Assembly (NCBI GenBank): GCA_963813715.1
Contig: CAWFAK010000017.1
Span: 160,001-224,000, forward strand
Direction of reading: 5' to 3'
Origin: an uncultured Planctomycetaceae bacterium
GTDB lineage: Bacteria; Planctomycetota; Planctomycetia; Planctomycetales; Planctomycetaceae
DNA length: 64,000 nucleotides
The position numbers and the translations under genes were made by a program. The notes under the pieces are model-generated. The model did no database searches, was not told where the DNA came from, and saw only the letters and a list, made by a program, of their open reading frames with translations. The stretch's first letter is position 1. Each line of letters opens with the position of its first letter. This document shows positions 1-9,339 of this stretch, one piece after another.

Positions 1-47
1 ATTCGGCCCTGGCAACGACCTGTCCGCACGTCGTCGGGGAGAGCCGC

Positions 48-244
48 GGGACGGGACACGAAACGGGACGGGATTGAATTGCACGGAACGGGATGGGATT
101 GGGACGGGATCGGTACGGGAAAGGTCGAGACGGGACACGCGACCGGACGGGACGTGGGGACCGGATTGGAGTCGGCGAGAGCGCCCGGCCCCGGGACGCC
201 AACGGGACGGGACATATCGGGACCGGGACGGGACGGGATTGAAT
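48..244 (+). repeat. Strand-biased GGGA(C/T) pentamer array with G-quadruplex-type motifs
   Basis: About 18 GGGAC/GGGAT copies, all on +; ACGGGACGGGATTGAAT at 63-79 and 228-244. Confidence 0.85.
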
Positions 245-643
245 CGGGGCCGGATTGTTCACGCGGCGTAGGTCGACAGTCTCCGATCACAAATTTGAGA
301 CGCGTGCGACGGTCCGGACACAATCGCGCGAATGGTGCGGACGGCGGCCAGGACCGGCTCTTGGGGCAACGTTCGCAGACACCACTGCTGAGGCTGTCTC
401 GCCCCCTTGGAGCTTCAAGAGGTGATTTGGGGATCGCTGGATCCTGGGCCTGCGGTGCGCTCCGACCCAGGCGAGAGATGTCTCGGCCCGTTGGGCCTGC
501 AGAGCGGCTCCTGCGCACGCCCAAGAAAAGCGAGTCGCTTGGAGTCGTATTGAGCCTGCGACTGCCATGTTGAGCGCGCTCCCGAAGGGGCATTGCCGCG
601 AAACGCGGACCGTTATCACCCGGCGACTCCGATTCGGCCGACA

Positions 644-659
644 CGGCACCGGCTTTGCT
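644..659 (+). promoter_or_regulatory. Putative sigma54 (-24/-12) promoter
   Basis: cGGCACcggctTTGCT fits TGGCAC-N5-TTGCW with exact GG-N10-GC spacing, 100 bp upstream of the 759 ORF. Confidence 0.6.
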
Positions 660-758
660 CTCGGCCACTGCGAGGCGGACAGATTCAAAGTGGCCCAGGT
701 TCGATTGGTGGCTCAGGGCGTTGTTACAGCGACGCTCGCAGATAAGAAGAGATACCCC

Positions 759-905
759 ATGTTGTGGACTGTCTTGTTAGTTGTTCTGGTTCTGTGGGCG
801 CTCGGTTTTGGCTTTGGCGTCGCCGGAAACCTGGTTCATTTGCTGCTCGTTATCGCGGTCGTCGTGCTGCTCCTCCAGCTACTTGGGGGCCGTCGGGTCG
901 TGTAA
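759..905 (+). CDS. lmo0937-family small membrane protein (48 aa)
   Basis: MLWTVLLVVLVLWALGF...GNLVHLLLVIAVVVLL..LL.GRR family pattern. Confidence 0.85.
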   Translation: MLWTVLLVVLVLWALGFGFGVAGNLVHLLLVIAVVVLLLQLLGGRRVV

Positions 906-953
906 GGGTTCGCGCGACACCGACCTCGGTTCTTCCTCAAAGGAGGCTCGTCA

Positions 954-1196
954 GTGCAAACCACGTCGATCGAACGGCCGGTTCACGGCCACCATAAAGT
1001 TGCTGCCGCAGTTTTTGTCGGGTCGCTGATCTTGGGCTCCGCCATGATCCTGTCAGCAGAATTGATGAAGCCGGAGCGATTCGAGTTTCATCCGGGTTCG
1101 GTTCCGAATAGCTACATCATTTATGATCGGAACACGGGCCGGGCCACTTCCGCTCAAATCGATTCCAAGAATCCGACTGTGTCGCTGGAGAACTGA
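954..1196 (+). CDS. Small hypothetical membrane-anchored protein
   Basis: AAGGAGG RBS; hydrophobic helix VAAAVFVGSLILGSAMIL. Confidence 0.65.
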   Translation: MQTTSIERPVHGHHKVAAAVFVGSLILGSAMILSAELMKPERFEFHPGSVPNSYIIYDRNTGRATSAQIDSKNPTVSLEN

Positions 1197-1335
1197 TCGC
1201 GGATTGGAGCTGCCGCCCTGATTGCTGTACTGTGGGCGCAGGTGCGCGACGAGTGAGTCTGTACTGTGGGAGGATGGGTCGGGGGAAGCGGTGTCGGGAC
1301 ATTGAGCGACAGAAGTCACAAGTAGTGCGGCAACT

Positions 1336-2154
1336 TTGTTAATTCGCGTCGGTTACGAGATTGGCTTTGATTTGTCCCAGCCGACCGCGACGCTGATGAT
1401 GCTCTACGTCCATCCGTCGCGCGCCTCGTCGATTCGCGAGCCCGAGCGACTCGAGGTCAAGCCCGACGTTCCTGTTTCCGAGTACGTCGATTCGTTTGGC
1501 AACCGGTGTGGCCGCCTGTTCGCGCCGGCAGGCAGGCTGGTGCTCCGCAACGATGCCATCGTCGAGGACGACGGCCAAACGGATCCGCAGGGCTGGGACG
1601 CTCCGCAACACGAAGTTCGCGATTTGCCCGACGACGTCCTGCAGTTCTTGCTCCCCAGCCGCTATTGCGAGGTCGACAGCGAGCTTTCCGACTTCGCCGC
1701 CTCTCTTTTTAACCAGGTGGCGCCCGGCTGGCCGCGCGTTCAGGCGATCTGCGACTTCGTCAACCAGCACGTTCGTTTCGATTATCTGCAAGCGCGGGCC
1801 AACCGAACTGCCTTGGAGACGTATCGCGAGCGTATCGGTGTCTGCCGCGATTTTACGCATCTGGCCCTGACGCTCTGCCGCTGCATGAATGTTCCGGCCC
1901 GTTACTGCACGGGTTATCTCGGCGACATCGGCGTGCCGTCCTCGCCGCATCCGATGGATTTCAGTGCGTGGTTCGAAGTCTTCCTGGGCGGAACCTGGTG
2001 GGCTTTTGATCCCCGCAACAATATCCCGCGGATCGGCCGGATTCTCATGGCCCGCGGCCGAGACGCGGCAGACGCGGCACTGACGACCACGTTCGGCGCG
2101 AACCAATTGGCATCGTTCAACGTCTGGACTCACGAAGTATTCGACACGCGATAA
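1336..2154 (+). CDS. Transglutaminase-like family protein
   Basis: PSRYC, GVCRDFTHL, ARYCTGYLGD, MDFSAWFEV, GRDAAD motifs. Confidence 0.92.
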   Translation: MLIRVGYEIGFDLSQPTATLMMLYVHPSRASSIREPERLEVKPDVPVSEYVDSFGNRCGRLFAPAGRLVLRNDAIVEDDGQTDPQGWDAPQHEVRDLPDDVLQFLLPSRYCEVDSELSDFAASLFNQVAPGWPRVQAICDFVNQHVRFDYLQARANRTALETYRERIGVCRDFTHLALTLCRCMNVPARYCTGYLGDIGVPSSPHPMDFSAWFEVFLGGTWWAFDPRNNIPRIGRILMARGRDAADAALTTTFGANQLASFNVWTHEVFDTR

Positions 2155-2192
2155 CGATGCCGAGTTGCGAGTCCAGCACTCCGCTAGTCGCG

Positions 2193-3755
2193 TTAGCGCG
2201 TCAGATGGGGATGTGATTGGTCTTCGGCGAGTTGTTTGAGAGCCACCCGGTCGACTTTGCCCGTGGCATTCAGCGGCATTTCGGCGAGGACGACGATTTC
2301 CTCGGGCGCTTTGTAGCCGACGTGCTTTCGCGCGAAGGCGATCAGCTCGGCGCTGGTGGGCCGCTTGGCTCCTGCGCGGAGGGTGACGTAGGCCCGCACG
2401 TTTTCGCCGTGGACAAGATCGTGGACGCCGACGACTCCGGCGGACTCGATGGCCGGGTGTTCTTCCAAAACTTCCTCGACCTCTTGGGGGCAGATGTTCG
2501 AGCCATCGTGCACGATGATCTGTTTCTTGCGGCCGTGAAACCACAGGTAGCCGTCGGCATCGACGCGCATCAGGTCGCCCGTGTCGAGCCAGCCGTCGAC
2601 GATGGTCTCGGCGGTGGCTTGCTGGTTGCCCCAATAGCCGACCGTGATGGCCGGCGACCGGACCCAGACCCGACCCGAGGTGCCGGCCGACGCTTCGACG
2701 CCGGAATCGTCGCGGAGGGACATTTCAAAGCCCGGACAAATCTTGCCGATCGAGCCCAACCGGTTTTCGCCGGACGGCGGATTGAGCGTGGCGACGCCGA
2801 TCTCGGTCATGCCGTAGCTTTCGTCGACGGGGAAGCCCGCCAGGCCGATGAATTCCTGCTCCAGCTCGGCACTGACTTTGTCGCCGCCGGAAAGGCACAG
2901 CCGGATGGACGAAAAGTCGTGCGGGCCGGCGTCGTGGTCGCGGACCAAGGCGATCAAAGCGGCCGGCAGCATGAACAGCACCGTCGGGCGATACCGCTGC
3001 AGGAGGGGCAAGATCTCGGGACCATCGCTGGCACTTGGCACGATCAGGCGACCGCCAGCCGCAAGCGTCGACAGTCCGAACAGCGACCCGCCGATATGCG
3101 AAAACGACGAGCCGGGAAGGAATGTATCGCCCTCCGCGAGTTCCATCGCCTGAATGAAGGTCGCAATCATGCCGGCGTAGGAGCCGTGCGTATGCGTGAC
3201 GCCCTTGGGCTTGCCCGTGCTGCCCGACGTGAAATAGATGAAGGCCGGAGCGTCGGCGGGAGGCGTGGGCAGTTCGCCGCTGGCGGGCGGACCGTCGATC
3301 AACTCTTCGTAATGCGGACCGCGGCCGTCACTCGCCTCACAACGAATCACGCCCTTGGGGAGACGGTTCGCGAACCGGCTGGCGGCGACATCTCCGTCGC
3401 GCTCCGCATGATGCAAGAGCAGCGACGCGCCACTGACCTCCAAGGCGTGGTCGATCTCCGGCGGCATGTAGCGATAGTTGAGCGGCGTCGCCACCAGTGC
3501 GGCTTTCAGGCAGGCGAGATAGTGAATGACGAGCGACGGGCGATTGGGCATCAGCGACGCCACCCGATCGCCGGGCTTCAAACCGAGTGCCAGATACTGC
3601 ACCGCCAGCCGCGTGCTGAGCTCGTCAAGTTGCCGCCAACTCAGGCACGAAGTGGCCGAGATCAGCGCCAGATCGTCCGGTTTGGTCTTCAGCCCGCGTC
3701 CCAGCAGATTGGCGATCGCCGTGGCACGCGTCAGAGGAGGTCCGGCAAGGGGCAC
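2193..3755 (-). CDS. Class I adenylate-forming enzyme (acyl-CoA ligase)
   Basis: YFTSGSTGKPKG AMP-binding motif, YGMTE, TGD, TGKVDR. Confidence 0.92.
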   Translation of the reverse strand: MPLAGPPLTRATAIANLLGRGLKTKPDDLALISATSCLSWRQLDELSTRLAVQYLALGLKPGDRVASLMPNRPSLVIHYLACLKAALVATPLNYRYMPPEIDHALEVSGASLLLHHAERDGDVAASRFANRLPKGVIRCEASDGRGPHYEELIDGPPASGELPTPPADAPAFIYFTSGSTGKPKGVTHTHGSYAGMIATFIQAMELAEGDTFLPGSSFSHIGGSLFGLSTLAAGGRLIVPSASDGPEILPLLQRYRPTVLFMLPAALIALVRDHDAGPHDFSSIRLCLSGGDKVSAELEQEFIGLAGFPVDESYGMTEIGVATLNPPSGENRLGSIGKICPGFEMSLRDDSGVEASAGTSGRVWVRSPAITVGYWGNQQATAETIVDGWLDTGDLMRVDADGYLWFHGRKKQIIVHDGSNICPQEVEEVLEEHPAIESAGVVGVHDLVHGENVRAYVTLRAGAKRPTSAELIAFARKHVGYKAPEEIVVLAEMPLNATGKVDRVALKQLAEDQSHPHLTR

Positions 3756-3999
3756 GACCGATTCCTTAAGCTCAAGCGATCACGAAGAATCGCGGCTGCC
3801 ATGTTACGCCGCCCCATTAATCTTGACATCTTTATTATGCGGCATCGACCAATCGCGGTCTGCCGTCTCAACCTTGGCGAGCTAAACGCTTCCCAGCACG
3901 CCTGCGGCGGCTCGCCCCGTTTTGAGTCGTAAGTCGGGTAAGCCGCAACAGGTGCAGGGGCGTGCCCCTGCCGGTAGAATTCGGCCAGGAGGTATCACT

Positions 4000-5088
4000 A
4001 TGACGGGCGATTGTTTGCCATTGAAGGCCATTCATCACGTTGAGTTGCTGGTCGGAAATGCGAAGCAGGCTGCTTATTTTTATCGGCACGCCTTCGGGTT
4101 TTCGCAGCTGGCGTACGCCGGTCCGGAAACCGGGCTGAAGGATCAGGCCTCGTACGTGCTCTACCAGGGGGACATCCGCCTGGTGGTGAGCACGCCTCTG
4201 TCGCCGGACGACGCGATGGCCGACCACTTGCGGCGGCACGGGGACGGGGTGCTCGATATCGCCTTTCTGGTCGACGACGTCGATTCGGCGTACGACGAGG
4301 CCGTGAAGCGCGGTGCGCAGCCGGCGCTGCCGCCTTACGATCGCAGCGATCCGTCCGGCCGCATTCGCCGGGCAAAGATTCGCACCTACGGCGACACGCT
4401 CCATTCGCTGATCTCGACGGCCGACTACACCGGGCCGTTTTTGCCGGGTTACCAGGTCCGCCGCCGACCGTCTCCGGGAGCGGGGCTCGAGCGGATCGAC
4501 CATATCGTGGGCAACGTCGAAGACGGCCGCATGAACGACTGGGGGACGTTTTACAACAAGGTCCTCGGCTTCCATCAGTTCATGTCGTTCGACGACAAGG
4601 ACATTTCGACCGAGTTCTCGGCCCTCCGCAGCCAGGTGATGGCCGCTCCGAACAATGTGGTCAAGTTCCCGATCAACGAACCGGCTCCGGGCAAGCGCAA
4701 GAGCCAGATTCAAGAGTATCTCGACTACAACGGCGGGGCCGGCGTCCAGCACGTAGCCATCACCACCCGCGACATCATCCACACGATCTCGGTGCTGAAG
4801 GACAATGGTGTCGAGTTTTTGATGGTCCCGACTTCGTACTACTCGGATTTGTGGGACCGGGTCGGCGAGGTGCGGGAGGACCACCAGGCGATCAAGGATT
4901 TGGGGATCCTGGTCGACTGCGACGAAAAGGGTTACCTGCTGCAGATCTTCACCAAGCCCGTGGAGGACCGGCCGACCCTGTTCTTCGAGATCATTCAGCG
5001 GCAGGGCTCTGACGCTTTCGGAAAAGGCAATTTCAAGGCCCTGTTCGAGGCGATTGAACGCGAACAAGCGGCTCGGGGGAACCTATAA
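4000..5088 (+). CDS. hppD: 4-hydroxyphenylpyruvate dioxygenase
   Basis: IDHIVGNV, KFPINEPA, GVQHVA, LLQIFTKP, FFEIIQR, FGKGNFKALFEAIE; AGGAGG before ATG 4000. Confidence 0.97.
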   Translation: MTGDCLPLKAIHHVELLVGNAKQAAYFYRHAFGFSQLAYAGPETGLKDQASYVLYQGDIRLVVSTPLSPDDAMADHLRRHGDGVLDIAFLVDDVDSAYDEAVKRGAQPALPPYDRSDPSGRIRRAKIRTYGDTLHSLISTADYTGPFLPGYQVRRRPSPGAGLERIDHIVGNVEDGRMNDWGTFYNKVLGFHQFMSFDDKDISTEFSALRSQVMAAPNNVVKFPINEPAPGKRKSQIQEYLDYNGGAGVQHVAITTRDIIHTISVLKDNGVEFLMVPTSYYSDLWDRVGEVREDHQAIKDLGILVDCDEKGYLLQIFTKPVEDRPTLFFEIIQRQGSDAFGKGNFKALFEAIEREQAARGNL

Positions 5089-5132
5089 TTCGAGCGGACA
5101 AAAGTCGCCGGCAGATCGAACACTGCATTGAT

Positions 5133-5230
5133 GGGTGGCACTGGCGGCTCGTCCGCCAGTGTCCATTTTCGGGCCCGTGCGCATTTTCGGAGTTGAAATT
5201 CCACTGGCGGACAAGCCGCCAGTGCCACCC
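5133..5230. repeat. REP-like inverted doublet (REPIN-like)
   Basis: GGGTGGCACTGGCGGCTCGTCCGCCAGTG (5133-5161) and its inverted copy (5202-5230, 1 mismatch); each copy has an internal CACTGGCGG/CCGCCAGTG hairpin. Confidence 0.85.
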
Positions 5231-5279
5231 TGCAAGTTGACGTTGTCGGGCGAATTGGTGGCGGGAAGCGAGGTGCTTT

Positions 5280-6446
5280 ATGTCCTCGTATCATCGTTTG
5301 GGCGAGTTGCCTCGCAAACGGCACATCGTCTTTCGGCAGCCGGACGGCAGCCTGTATCACGAGCACGTGATGGGTAGCCGTGGCTTCTCCGGCCCCGAGT
5401 CGCTGCTCTATCACCGCCGGCCCCCCACCGCCATCATCTCGTCGCGGCTGTTGCAAAAGTGCGAATGGGTGCGGGATGACGATGCCACATTGCGGATGCG
5501 GCACTTCGCCACCCACAGTCTGCCGCAGCAAAAGAGTGTCACGCTCAACCGCAGCCCCCTGCTCTTCAACGCCGACGTGGCGATGTCGTACGTGCAGCCG
5601 ACGACGACCGACACGTTTTTCTACCGCAACGCGCAAGGGGACGAGCTGGTTTACGTTTCCGAGGGGACGGGCGTTCTCGAAACGATGCTGGGCGACCTGT
5701 CGTACCAGGCGGGCGACTACGTGATCATCCCTCGCGGGATCACGCATCGCTGGAAGCTCGGCGACAAACCGCCGCGGATGCTGGTGATCGAGAGCGCGGG
5801 CCCGATTCGGCCGCCCGCGCGATACGTCAACGAGGTCGGTCAGTACCTCGAGCACAGCCCCTATTGTGAGCGCGACATCCGCCGGCCGACGACGCTGCAG
5901 TCGCACAACGAGACGGGCGAATTCCCGGTCGTCGTCAAGCAGAACGACGCGCTGACCGAGGTGATCTTGGATCACCACCCGTTCGACGTGATCGGCTGGG
6001 ACGGGAACTACTACCCGTGGATTTTGTCGATCCACGACTTCGAGCCGATCGTCGGCAGCCTGCACCAGCCACCCCCCGTGCACCAGACGTTTCAGGGGGA
6101 CGGCTTCGTCGTCTGCTCGTTCGTGCCGCGGCTATTCGACTTCCACCCCGACGCGGTACCCGTGCCCTACAATCACTCCAACGTCAACAGCGACGAAGTG
6201 ATTTACTACGCCAACAACGAGTTCATGAGCCGCAAGGGAATTTCGTATGGCTCGCTGACTCTCCATCCGGGCGGCCTGCCCCACGGGCCGCATCCCGGAC
6301 GGGTTGAGGAGTCGATTGGCAAGAAACGGACCGACGAGCTGGCCGTCATGCTCGACACGTTCCGTCCCCTACAGGTCGGCCAAGGCGTGCAGGCGATCGA
6401 GGATCCCGAATACGCGCAGAGCTGGTTCAGACACATGGCGAAGTGA
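5280..6446 (+). CDS. hmgA: Homogentisate 1,2-dioxygenase
   Basis: HHPFDVIGWDG, HQPPPVH, PYNHSN, TLHPGGLPHGPHPG, ELAVMLDTF; follows hppD. Confidence 0.95.
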   Translation: MSSYHRLGELPRKRHIVFRQPDGSLYHEHVMGSRGFSGPESLLYHRRPPTAIISSRLLQKCEWVRDDDATLRMRHFATHSLPQQKSVTLNRSPLLFNADVAMSYVQPTTTDTFFYRNAQGDELVYVSEGTGVLETMLGDLSYQAGDYVIIPRGITHRWKLGDKPPRMLVIESAGPIRPPARYVNEVGQYLEHSPYCERDIRRPTTLQSHNETGEFPVVVKQNDALTEVILDHHPFDVIGWDGNYYPWILSIHDFEPIVGSLHQPPPVHQTFQGDGFVVCSFVPRLFDFHPDAVPVPYNHSNVNSDEVIYYANNEFMSRKGISYGSLTLHPGGLPHGPHPGRVEESIGKKRTDELAVMLDTFRPLQVGQGVQAIEDPEYAQSWFRHMAK

Positions 6447-6471
6447 TCGAGAGCGAAAAACAGGCGGCCGC

Positions 6472-6714
6472 TTGAGCGAAGACGAGCTGATTCCCGTATT
6501 CATGCCGAGCCTGGTCTCGGTTCTGCTCCGCAGTGAGCGCGACAAGGGGTCTCCGCTCACAGAAGAAGAGGTCCTCGCAATCCGCGACAAGTCGGCAGTG
6601 GTGATGATGCGCCGCAGGCACGCTGTTGAGATGGCTGAGAAGAGGGGATACGACGACATCGACCCCACTCAGTGCTGGTCCGAGTGGCAGCGCGTTCGCG
6701 TAGAGCTATTGTGA
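6472..6714 (+). CDS. Small conserved-looking hypothetical protein (80 aa)
   Basis: LIPVFMPSL...KGSPLTEEEVLAIRD...RGYDDIDP..CWSEW; TTG start inferred. Confidence 0.7.
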   Translation: MSEDELIPVFMPSLVSVLLRSERDKGSPLTEEEVLAIRDKSAVVMMRRRHAVEMAEKRGYDDIDPTQCWSEWQRVRVELL

Positions 6715-6784
6715 GTGTCGGCCGCGACTTGAATCACGTTGCACCAGTCGTCGCGGCCGGCGCCAGACTCAAAACCGAGGAGGC

Positions 6785-8092
6785 TTGACCACGATGATCG
6801 GCAGGCCGCAGGATGGTGCACGCACCGAGATCGACGTTCGGCCCGGCTCGTTCGTGCCTCCGTCGCCCGCGGAGCTGACGGCGCGGCTTCCCAATCTCGA
6901 AGTGACCGAGATGCTTGGCCACGGCGGAATGGGTGTCGTCTACAAAGGGCGACAGCCGTTTCTCGATCGCGCGGTCGCCATCAAGTTGATTCGCCCCGAT
7001 TTCAACAACGAGGAGTCACAGCAGAGCTTCATTCGCGAGGCACGATCGTTGGCGAAGTTGACACATCCGTACATCGTCAATGTCTTCGACTGTGGCAAAG
7101 CCGGCGATCTGTTCTACTTTGTGATGGAATACGTGGAAGGCAACAGCCTTCGGCACTTCCTCTCCCAGAAATCGGTTTCCCAGCGGGATGTTCTCGACTA
7201 TCTGCCCCAGATCGGCGAAGCCTTGCAATACGCCCACGACAGCGGAATCGTGCATCGGGACGTGAAACCGGAGAACATCATCGTCGATCGCCGCAACCGA
7301 GTGCGGCTGGTCGATTTTGGGCTGGCGAAATGGCTCGGGTCTGCGGGGATTGACGGACCTCGCGACACGGCCGTGGCCGGCACCTGGGGCTACATCGCTC
7401 CGGAACAGATCTCGATGCCTGAAAGCGTCGACCATCGGGCGGACATCTTCTCCACCGGCGTCGTCTGCTATGAGATGCTGACCGGCCAAGTGCCCCGCGA
7501 TGGCTTCCAGCCTCCGTCGAATTCCTCGGCGGCTGACCCGCGGTTCGATCCGATCGTCGGGCGGGCTCTCGAACGCGATCGAGAGCGGCGCTATCAACAG
7601 ATGCGGGAAATGAATGCCGACGTGCGGCTGCTGACGAGGACACCGGAGTCGACGCTCCGCTTCGTGCGGACGATTGCCGCCCCGATCGAGAAGGTCTTCG
7701 AGGCGTGGACCCGGCCCGAAGTGATGGCGAACTGGTTCGCACCGACCGACGACTTCGTTCCTTCCGCAGTCGAGGTCGACCTGCGGGTCGGCGGCAACTA
7801 CCGCGTCGACATGCGGCCGAAAGATAGCACCGAAGTTTTTATGCACCGGGGGCAGTATTGCCGCATCGAGCCGCCCCACTTATTGAGTTTTACCTGGTGC
7901 CCGGTATCGCGTGGCCCGAACACTCCGGAAACGCAGGTGACGATCGAACTGCGGCCCAACGGCGACGCAACCGACTTGACGTTGATCCATGAACGATTTC
8001 CCGACGAAGCGGATCGTGATCGTCACCAGAAAGGCTGGCACGGCTGCTTGGGACGATTGGCGAGCAAAGTGGACGCAGCAGATGGCACATAA
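6785..8092 (+). CDS. Ser/Thr protein kinase with C-terminal SRPBCC/AHSA1-like domain
   Basis: GHGGMGVVY, VAIK, HRDVKPEN, DFGLA, YIAPEQ; C-terminal APIEKVFEAWT, DLRVGGNY, GWHGCL. Confidence 0.92.
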   Translation: MTTMIGRPQDGARTEIDVRPGSFVPPSPAELTARLPNLEVTEMLGHGGMGVVYKGRQPFLDRAVAIKLIRPDFNNEESQQSFIREARSLAKLTHPYIVNVFDCGKAGDLFYFVMEYVEGNSLRHFLSQKSVSQRDVLDYLPQIGEALQYAHDSGIVHRDVKPENIIVDRRNRVRLVDFGLAKWLGSAGIDGPRDTAVAGTWGYIAPEQISMPESVDHRADIFSTGVVCYEMLTGQVPRDGFQPPSNSSAADPRFDPIVGRALERDRERRYQQMREMNADVRLLTRTPESTLRFVRTIAAPIEKVFEAWTRPEVMANWFAPTDDFVPSAVEVDLRVGGNYRVDMRPKDSTEVFMHRGQYCRIEPPHLLSFTWCPVSRGPNTPETQVTIELRPNGDATDLTLIHERFPDEADRDRHQKGWHGCLGRLASKVDAADGT

Positions 8093-8624
8093 ACGGATAG
8101 CGAATAAGCCAGTCGTCCTCGGAGCTGGCCGTTGGCTGCGTCTGGTTGAAGTCGACGGCTGGGAGTTCGTCGAACGGGTGAAAGCGACCGGCGTCGTGGC
8201 AATCGTCGCCGTCACGCCTGATGGCGAATTGATTCTGACCGAGCAGTTTCGGCGGTCGGTGAACGGCCGCGTGATCGACTTGCCGGCCGGTTTGGCCGGC
8301 GACGGACCAGAAAGCGAAGAACTCGTGACGGCCGCGCAACGCGAGCTGATCGAGGAAACCGGCTACGACGCCCGGCGATTCACGCTGCTCGCACACGCAC
8401 CGACGTCGCCGGGACTGACGACCGAGGTCGTATCTTTCTTTCGAGCGGCCGGCTTGAAAAAAGTGGGCGCCGGCGGAGGCATCGAAGGAGAAGACATCGT
8501 CATCCACAAGGTCAAACTAACCCGGGCCGACGCATGGCTCCGCCGCCAGGCGCGCTCGGGGAAACACATCGATTGCAAGGTATTCGCCGGGCTGCATTTC
8601 GCGCAGGCAGCCGGAGGGCGGTGA
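8082..8624 (+). CDS. NUDIX hydrolase (ADP-ribose pyrophosphatase-like)
   Basis: LPAGL...AAQRELIEETGY Nudix box, QFR, SPG. Confidence 0.9.
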   Translation: MAHKRIANKPVVLGAGRWLRLVEVDGWEFVERVKATGVVAIVAVTPDGELILTEQFRRSVNGRVIDLPAGLAGDGPESEELVTAAQRELIEETGYDARRFTLLAHAPTSPGLTTEVVSFFRAAGLKKVGAGGGIEGEDIVIHKVKLTRADAWLRRQARSGKHIDCKVFAGLHFAQAAGGR

Positions 8625-8708
8625 ACCATCGGTCTCACGGTGACGTCTTAATTAGAGACCTCCATCGGCGAGACGTCTTCGTTGCGCAAGTGCGAATCAA
8701 GCTGGCGT

Positions 8709-9260
8709 CTACTTTTCGGACTGCCCCGCTAACGCCAGCAGCTTGAGCGTGGTGTTCCAGTTGCGGGCTGTGCCGCGCGTGCCGATCTTTTTTTCGATGA
8801 TGACGTTGGTCAGTTTCGATTCGCCGATGCCGTCGGGGTAGACGAGGTAGAGGTGTTTGCCGTCGCCGCGGACGATCTCTCGGCCTTTGATCGCTTCCTG
8901 CAAGGCTTGCACGTCTTTGGCGCTCGCCGCCGACTTCAAAAACATGACAACCAGATGGCTGGGGTCGGTCTTCGCTTCTTTGGGAAACGGATTGGCGGCG
9001 ACGACTTGGGCCAACTCTTTTTCACTGCGGATGACGTAGTCGGCGGCGACTCCGAATCGTTTCTCCGTTTCCTGTTCCAACTGTTTTTCGAGAGCTGAGG
9101 CCGACTTGCTGGCGGCAGTGAACACGAGATTGCCGCTTTGCAGCAGCGTCTTGGCGCCGGTGAAACCCAAGCCGCCGACCATGTCGCGGAGGTCAGCCAT
9201 GGGAACCGCATTTCGGCCGCCCACGTTAATCCCGCGCAAGAAAGCGATGTGAACAGGCAT
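8709..9260 (-). CDS. DUF1697 family protein
   Basis: FLRGINVGG, TLLQSGNLVF, GTARNWNT. Confidence 0.92.
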   Translation of the reverse strand: MPVHIAFLRGINVGGRNAVPMADLRDMVGGLGFTGAKTLLQSGNLVFTAASKSASALEKQLEQETEKRFGVAADYVIRSEKELAQVVAANPFPKEAKTDPSHLVVMFLKSAASAKDVQALQEAIKGREIVRGDGKHLYLVYPDGIGESKLTNVIIEKKIGTRGTARNWNTTLKLLALAGQSEK

Positions 9261-9339
9261 GGTGTGACCGGTTGTTGACTGAGCTTCCTGTAAGAACCTG
9301 CCGGTTCGCTTTCAGCGGCGTGGCGACGACGGCGATTGA

